A model generated the notes under the pieces. The model was not told the DNA's origin. It did no database searches and saw only the letters and a program-made list of their open reading frames with translations. The translations under genes were made by a program, and so were the position numbers. This document shows, one piece after another, positions 58,783 to 64,000 of a stretch of 64,000 nucleotides of DNA. Position 1 is the stretch's first letter. Each line of letters opens with the position of its first letter. The DNA comes from Pseudomonadota bacterium (GTDB taxonomy: Bacteria > UBA10199 > 2-02-FULL-44-16 > JAAZCA01). The DNA is taken from contig JAZDOG010000002.1 in NCBI GenBank assembly GCA_043798915.1, positions 712-64,711 on the forward strand, written 5' to 3'.

Positions 58783-59218
58783 TTTTGTCCTCGTCGGCGG
58801 CCTGGCTGCCACGATGTACGGCGCCGCAACGGTCACTTATGATGTGGATGTGTGCCTTGATTTTTCGATCGGCAATATTCAAAAACTTCTGATCGCCCTC
58901 GAGGACGTCCGCCCCCGCGTGAGGGTCCAAAAAAAATGGCGCAGCCTTCAAGAACTGCCGCTGAAACAGATCGCTGATCTCAAAAACCTCTATCTGCAGA
59001 CCGACTGTGGCGGCCTGGATCTTTTGGGCTCGCTGACTGAAATCGGCGGCTACGAAGAGGCGAGACGCCATTCCACGGAGATCACCGTCTTCAACCGGCC
59101 CTGCCGCATCCTCAAGATTGAGGACCTGCTCAATATCAAGGAACGCATGGACAGGCCCAAAGACCGGCAAGTGGTCCTGGAGCTCAAGGCAATCCTGGAA
59201 AAACAGTCAAGGAAATGA
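58733..59218 (+). CDS. Nucleotidyltransferase (DUF6036/AbiEii-like)
   Basis: FVLVGGLAA...TYDVDV...LDLL...K...RPKD. Confidence 0.75.
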   Translation: MLNAKGILQRLLENDIDFVLVGGLAATMYGAATVTYDVDVCLDFSIGNIQKLLIALEDVRPRVRVQKKWRSLQELPLKQIADLKNLYLQTDCGGLDLLGSLTEIGGYEEARRHSTEITVFNRPCRILKIEDLLNIKERMDRPKDRQVVLELKAILEKQSRK

Positions 59219-59230
59219 GAAGGTCGCGGG

Positions 59231-61336
59231 CTACAATATTATCCTCGCATCCAGCGCATAACCGCCCTTGCCCTTGCGCAACACATAGAACGGATTGATG
59301 TCGATCTCCTTTATCTCGGGGAAGTCAGCGATGAGCCTCGATAGTTTGAGGATGGCGTCCTCAATCGCCTCGATGTCATATGGCTTCTCGCCGCGCGCGC
59401 CTGCGAGGATCGGATAGCCCTTGAGCCCCTCGAGCATCTCGCGCGCCTCGCGCCTGTCGAACGGCACGACCCTGATCGCAGAGTCCTTGAATATCTCCAC
59501 GAATATGCCGCCCAGGCCCGCGAGCACGATCGGCCCGAAGTTGGGGTCGTGCCTGGCGCCCAAGATCAGCTCCCAGCCCTTCTTGAGCATCGGCTGGATG
59601 ACGACCCCCTCGATCTTCGCCTTCGGGGCCTTGTGCTTCGCCGCCTTCATCATCTCCGCATATGCGCAGCGGACATCCTCCGCATTTTTCAGATTGAGCT
59701 TCACGCCGCCGAAGTCGGTCTTGTGCGAGATGTCCTTGGACAGGATCTTCATCGCGGCCGGATAGCCCGCCTTCGCGGCTGCCTTCGCGGCGGCAGCCGC
59801 ATCCTTCACGAACGTGCTCTTCACGATCGGAATGCCGTAGTCCTCAAATATCTCCATACCCTCCTGGAGAAGCGGGCTGCGGCGGGCCTTGATGCAGGCC
59901 CTGATTATCCTTCCCGCCTCCTTTCCGGCCTTCGTGGCGGGATGGACGGGCATCTTTTTGGACGGCTTGGAATGTCTCCTGTCCAGCTGCCTCAGGTAGA
60001 AATCCCTCGAGAGTGCCAGAGCGTTGATCACCGCGACCGGCACCGAGAAGAGAGGATAGTCGAGATCCTTGCGCAGCCGCGAATACTCGGCCTCGTCGGT
60101 GGCGATGCATATCCCCACGGGTTTCTTGTGCTTGATCGAGAGCGCCTCGATATCCCTGAAGAGCTGGCGGGATTTTTCTCCCTCGGTCTCCACAAAATAC
60201 GTGTGCATGAAGACCACGCCGTCGACGTAATCCTCGGCGAGCGTCTTGTCGATGATGTCGACATAGACGTCGTAGTCGAAGAGATCGCCGATATCGAGCG
60301 GGTTGGTGAGCTTTATCACCTTGGCGCGGAAGTGCTTCTCTATGCTCTTCAAAAAGGGCGCGCTCAGCGGCGCCAGATCGAACCCGGCCTTCTCGCTCGC
60401 GTCGGCCGCGATGATGGCGTGGCCGCCGGAGCGCGAGATGATCGCCAGCCTGTTCCCGCGCATCCTGGGCAGCGGCATGATCTTCAAATAATTGACGAGC
60501 GTCTCCTTGTCGAGGACCCGCGCGATCCCGGCCTGTTTGAGCGCCGCGTCCACCACCGCGTCGTCGCTCGAGAGTGCCGCCGTGTGCGATTGCGCGATGG
60601 ATTTGGCGTGTGTACCGATGTTCGCCTTCTGCACGAGGATCGGTTTCGTGGAGCGACTGGCGATCTCCATGAGTCGGCGCCCGTCGGTTATGCCCTCGAG
60701 ATAGAGACAAATAATTTCAGTGTCGCTGTCCTCAATGAGATATTCGAGGAGATCGTTCTCGTCCACATTCAGCTTGTTGCCTATGCTGGCGAACTTCGCG
60801 ATCCCCAGATTTTCGCTCGCCAGGATCATCAGATAGCTGAACCCCACGCCGCCGCTCTGCGAAACGATGGAGATCCCGCCGCTCCTGAATATATTTTTGA
60901 AGGAGACGAAGGCGACCCCAAGGCCGCTCTGCGTGCAGTGCGTGCCGATGCAGTTGGGGCCTATGAACCGGATGCCGTATTTTTTCGCGATCTTTACGAT
61001 CTTTTCCTCCAGGATTTTGCCCTCGTCGCCGAATTCCCTGAAGCCGGCTGATTCCACGATGACGCGTTTCACTCCCTTTTTGCCGCACTCCTCCATTATC
61101 CCCGGTATGGTGGCGGCGGGCGTGAGTATCACGGCGAGATCGACGGGGTCTTCGATGTCGAGGATGGATTGGTATATCTTTCTGCTGAAGAGCGTCCCGG
61201 CGTTCCTGCCGACCTGATAAATTATCCCTTTAAACCCAAACTCGATCAGGTTGCCGACGATGTTCCTGGCCATGTTCTGCGGCGATTCTGAAACGCCGAT
61301 CACTGCGACGCTTTGCGGTTTGAAAAATGATTCCAT
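59231..61336 (-). CDS. Acetate/acyl-CoA ligase (ADP-forming) family protein
   Basis: FFKPQSVAVIGVS, IGPNCIG, SQSGG, SHTAAL, NPLD; ATP-grasp HKTDFGGV, EIDINP. Confidence 0.9.
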   Translation of the reverse strand: MESFFKPQSVAVIGVSESPQNMARNIVGNLIEFGFKGIIYQVGRNAGTLFSRKIYQSILDIEDPVDLAVILTPAATIPGIMEECGKKGVKRVIVESAGFREFGDEGKILEEKIVKIAKKYGIRFIGPNCIGTHCTQSGLGVAFVSFKNIFRSGGISIVSQSGGVGFSYLMILASENLGIAKFASIGNKLNVDENDLLEYLIEDSDTEIICLYLEGITDGRRLMEIASRSTKPILVQKANIGTHAKSIAQSHTAALSSDDAVVDAALKQAGIARVLDKETLVNYLKIMPLPRMRGNRLAIISRSGGHAIIAADASEKAGFDLAPLSAPFLKSIEKHFRAKVIKLTNPLDIGDLFDYDVYVDIIDKTLAEDYVDGVVFMHTYFVETEGEKSRQLFRDIEALSIKHKKPVGICIATDEAEYSRLRKDLDYPLFSVPVAVINALALSRDFYLRQLDRRHSKPSKKMPVHPATKAGKEAGRIIRACIKARRSPLLQEGMEIFEDYGIPIVKSTFVKDAAAAAKAAAKAGYPAAMKILSKDISHKTDFGGVKLNLKNAEDVRCAYAEMMKAAKHKAPKAKIEGVVIQPMLKKGWELILGARHDPNFGPIVLAGLGGIFVEIFKDSAIRVVPFDRREAREMLEGLKGYPILAGARGEKPYDIEAIEDAILKLSRLIADFPEIKEIDINPFYVLRKGKGGYALDARIIL

Positions 61337-61348
61337 CGTATTTCCTTT

Positions 61349-63379
61349 CTAAGAGCGCTTCAGGCGCAGGCTGTTTGTGACTACAGAAACGGAACTCGCT
61401 GCCATCGCTATCGAGGCATATATCGGCGAGAGCAGGACGCCGAAGAACGGATAGAGGACGCCGGCTGCGAGCGGTATGCCGATCGAGTTGTAGAGGAACG
61501 AGAAGAGGAGGTTCTGTCGTATCGTCCTCATCGTCCGCTTCGAGAGCCGGATCGCCGTGACCACGCCGGCGAGGCTCCCTGACATCAGCACGATATTGGC
61601 AGCCTCGATGGCGATGTCCGTCCCGGTGCCGATAGCGATCCCGACATCCGCTGCGGCGAGCGCTGGCGCGTCGTTGATGCCGTCGCCCACCATGGCGACC
61701 TTCCGCCCCTCGCCCTTCAATATTTTCACCCACTCGGCCTTCTCCGCGGGCCCCGCCTCGGCGATCACCCTTTCGATACCAACTTTGCGCGCAACCGCAT
61801 CCGCGGCGGCGCGACTGTCGCCCGTAATCATCACGAGGTCAATCCCCATCTCCTTCAAGCAGGCGACGGAGGCGGCGGAATCATCCTTCACCGTGTCGGC
61901 GAGCGCGATTGCGCCGGCCGCGCGGCCATCCACCGCGACGAAGACCGGCGTCTTTCCCCCAGCCGCAAGGCGGCCGCCCAATGCATCGAATTCGCCAACG
62001 CCTGCGACCTTCTTCTCCTCGATGAATGCACGCGTGCCAACGAGGACCCTGTGCCCTTCCACAAGAGCCGCCACTCCTCGCCCGGCCTCGGAGATGAACT
62101 GCTCCGCCTTCGCAATCGTAGCGCCGCGCTTGAGAGCCCCTGCAACGATGGCCGCTCCGAGAGGATGCTCGGAAGGCTGCTCCGCCGATGCGGCAAGCCT
62201 GAGGAGTTCGACGGGATCGAAGCCCGCAAGCGGCGAGACCTCGGCGAGTTCCGGCCTGCCGCGCGTTACTGTCCCTGTCTTGTCCAGGATGATGCACGAT
62301 ATGCCGCCCGCTGTTTCGAGGGCTGCAGCGCTCCTGATCAGCACGCCCCTCTCGGCCCCGAGGCCGGTGCCGACCGTGATGGCGGTGGGCGTGGCCAGCC
62401 CCAGCGCGCATGGGCATGCGATGATGAGTACGGAGACGAAGGCGACGAGGGCGTGCGAGAGCGCCGGCTCCGGGCCGAAGGCCAGCCACGCGCCGAAGGA
62501 GATGGCCGCAACGATGATCACCGCCGGGACGAATACGGCGCTCACGACATCGGAGAGCCTCTGCACCGGCGCCTTCGACGCCTGCGCATCGCGGACAATC
62601 TGGATGATTCTGGCCAGCACCGTCTCGCTCCCCACCCTTTTTGCCTCGAACGTGAAGCTGCCTCCCAAGTTCATCGTCCCGCCGACGACCTCGTCCCCTT
62701 CCCTCTTGTCGACGGGCAGGGGCTCGCCGGTTATCATCGACTCGTCGACGGACGAGTTGCCGCTTCGCACCACGCCGTCGACCGGGATGCGGCTGCCAGG
62801 GCGCACGACGACGATATCTCCAACCCGAAGCTCCGCCGCGGAAATCTCCACCTCTTTCCCGTCGCGCACGACGCGCGCATGGTGGGGCGAGAGGTCCATG
62901 AGTTTGACGATCGCCGATGAGGTCCTCCTGCGCGCCCGGCCCTCCAACATCTGGCCGAGCAAGATGAAGGCGATGATGAAATCGGCAGTCTCGTAATAGA
63001 CGTCGGCCGGGAGGCCCGCGCGCAGGAAGAAGCCGGGGAGAAACGTCGCGGCGGCGCTGTAGATGAACGCCGCCGATGTCCCCAGCCCAATCAGCGTGTC
63101 CATGTCAGCTGTGAGATTCTTAACCGTCGCCGCCATGCCGCGGAGGAAACGCCAGCCGCACCAGAGCCAGACCGGGAGGGAGAGCGAGAAGAGGATATAG
63201 CGAAGGATGGCGTCGGGGATCCTCCCGGGCCACGGATGCCAGCCCATCGTGAGCGCCATCGAGATGGCCGACAGGATGATCGCCGGGATGAAGCGGTTGC
63301 GGAGATAGAGATACCCGCCGCCGTCGTCCCCGCCGTCCCCGATGTGCCCCTCGCACGCCGAGCAGTGCATGTGTTTCAT
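61349..63379 (-). CDS. copA: P1B heavy-metal ATPase, Cu(I) type
   Basis: [42 protein letters not shown]. Confidence 0.88.
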   Translation of the reverse strand: MKHMHCSACEGHIGDGGDDGGGYLYLRNRFIPAIILSAISMALTMGWHPWPGRIPDAILRYILFSLSLPVWLWCGWRFLRGMAATVKNLTADMDTLIGLGTSAAFIYSAAATFLPGFFLRAGLPADVYYETADFIIAFILLGQMLEGRARRRTSSAIVKLMDLSPHHARVVRDGKEVEISAAELRVGDIVVVRPGSRIPVDGVVRSGNSSVDESMITGEPLPVDKREGDEVVGGTMNLGGSFTFEAKRVGSETVLARIIQIVRDAQASKAPVQRLSDVVSAVFVPAVIIVAAISFGAWLAFGPEPALSHALVAFVSVLIIACPCALGLATPTAITVGTGLGAERGVLIRSAAALETAGGISCIILDKTGTVTRGRPELAEVSPLAGFDPVELLRLAASAEQPSEHPLGAAIVAGALKRGATIAKAEQFISEAGRGVAALVEGHRVLVGTRAFIEEKKVAGVGEFDALGGRLAAGGKTPVFVAVDGRAAGAIALADTVKDDSAASVACLKEMGIDLVMITGDSRAAADAVARKVGIERVIAEAGPAEKAEWVKILKGEGRKVAMVGDGINDAPALAAADVGIAIGTGTDIAIEAANIVLMSGSLAGVVTAIRLSKRTMRTIRQNLLFSFLYNSIGIPLAAGVLYPFFGVLLSPIYASIAMAASSVSVVTNSLRLKRS

Positions 63380-63478
63380 CCGCCGAGACTAAACCTTAAG
63401 GCCCGCGCTCGGCAATACGATTTTTTTGACAGATGCGCGCCCTTTGAATAGAACCCGTTTCAAGAAAGGATGTGAGCC

Positions 63479-64000
63479 ATGTCGAAGATCGCAAAGGACA
63501 TCACGGAGCTGATCGGCAACACGCCGCTCGTTTGCCTGTCGAAGATTGCGAAGGGCGCGAAGGCGGAGGTCGTCGCGAAGCTCGAGTCGTTCAACCCGGC
63601 AGGCTCCGTCAAGGACCGGATCGGATTCGCGATGATCGAGGCGGCGGAAAAGGATGGCTCCATCAAGCCCGGCGACACGGTGATCGAGCCGACGAGCGGC
63701 AACACCGGGATAGCGCTGGCGATGGTGTGCGCCGCGAAGGGCTACCGGCTGATCCTCACGATGCCCGAGACGATGAGCGTCGAGCGGAGGAGTCTGTTCG
63801 CGGCCCTCGGCGCGGAGCTCGTGCTCACCCCCGGCCCGGAGGGAATGAAGGGGGCGATAAAAAAAGCGGAGGAGCTCGCAGCAGAGAACAAGGGCGCCTT
63901 CATGCCGCAGCAGTTCAAGAATCCCGCGAATCCCGAGATCCATCGCAGGACCACGGCGGAAGAGATATGGAGAGACACGGACGGCAGGGCCGACATCCTG
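63479..64000 (+). CDS. cysK: Cysteine synthase A, partial (runs off window)
   Basis: [18 protein letters not shown]...[16 protein letters not shown]...[12 protein letters not shown]...QQFKNPANP; absent from the ORF track because it has no stop in the window. Confidence 0.93.
   Translation, partial: MSKIAKDITELIGNTPLVCLSKIAKGAKAEVVAKLESFNPAGSVKDRIGFAMIEAAEKDGSIKPGDTVIEPTSGNTGIALAMVCAAKGYRLILTMPETMSVERRSLFAALGAELVLTPGPEGMKGAIKKAEELAAENKGAFMPQQFKNPANPEIHRRTTAEEIWRDTDGRADIL

Noticed and set aside
59549-62996. 500-aa and 479-aa plus-strand ORFs
   Set aside because: Antisense shadows of the acyl-CoA ligase and the P-type ATPase.
63389-63943. 184-aa minus-strand ORF
   Set aside because: Antisense to the clearly recognisable cysK.

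Overview
Bacterial window; the GC-rich core genes look deltaproteobacterial (inference only). Left two-thirds (about 1-42.8 kb): one very long minus-strand surface-glycan locus. It begins with ugd and an RfaH/UpxY-type NusG paralogue, then a leader carrying three tandem operator-like palindromes and a perfect ops element. Downstream lie a MarR-like regulator; uronate, GDP-fucose and dTDP-rhamnose pathway genes; an unusual hybrid nonulosonic-acid module; an ABC flippase; a Wzy-like protein; glycosyltransferases; several SAM methyltransferases; and two B12-binding radical SAM genes, the last cut by an ISAs1-family element at the window edge. Embedded in the operon are two MNT-HEPN pairs flanking a stand-alone GHKL (MORC-like) ATPase and a truncated SWIM gene. 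Right third: tRNA-Lys, radA, pgpA-cinA-thpR-recA, a ~1970-aa FHA-repeat protein with a JAB-like C-terminus behind a sigma28-like promoter, a radical SAM gene, an aminotransferase, a third nucleotidyltransferase pair, an acyl-CoA ligase, a Cu-type P1B ATPase and the start of cysK. Best novelty candidates: (1) a pathway predicted to make a 9-deoxy, possibly 5-acetamidino, sialic-acid-like sugar; (2) the giant FHA/JAB effector-like protein; (3) the GHKL ATPase/HEPN cassette. All calls come from motif recognition by eye; no database searches were run.
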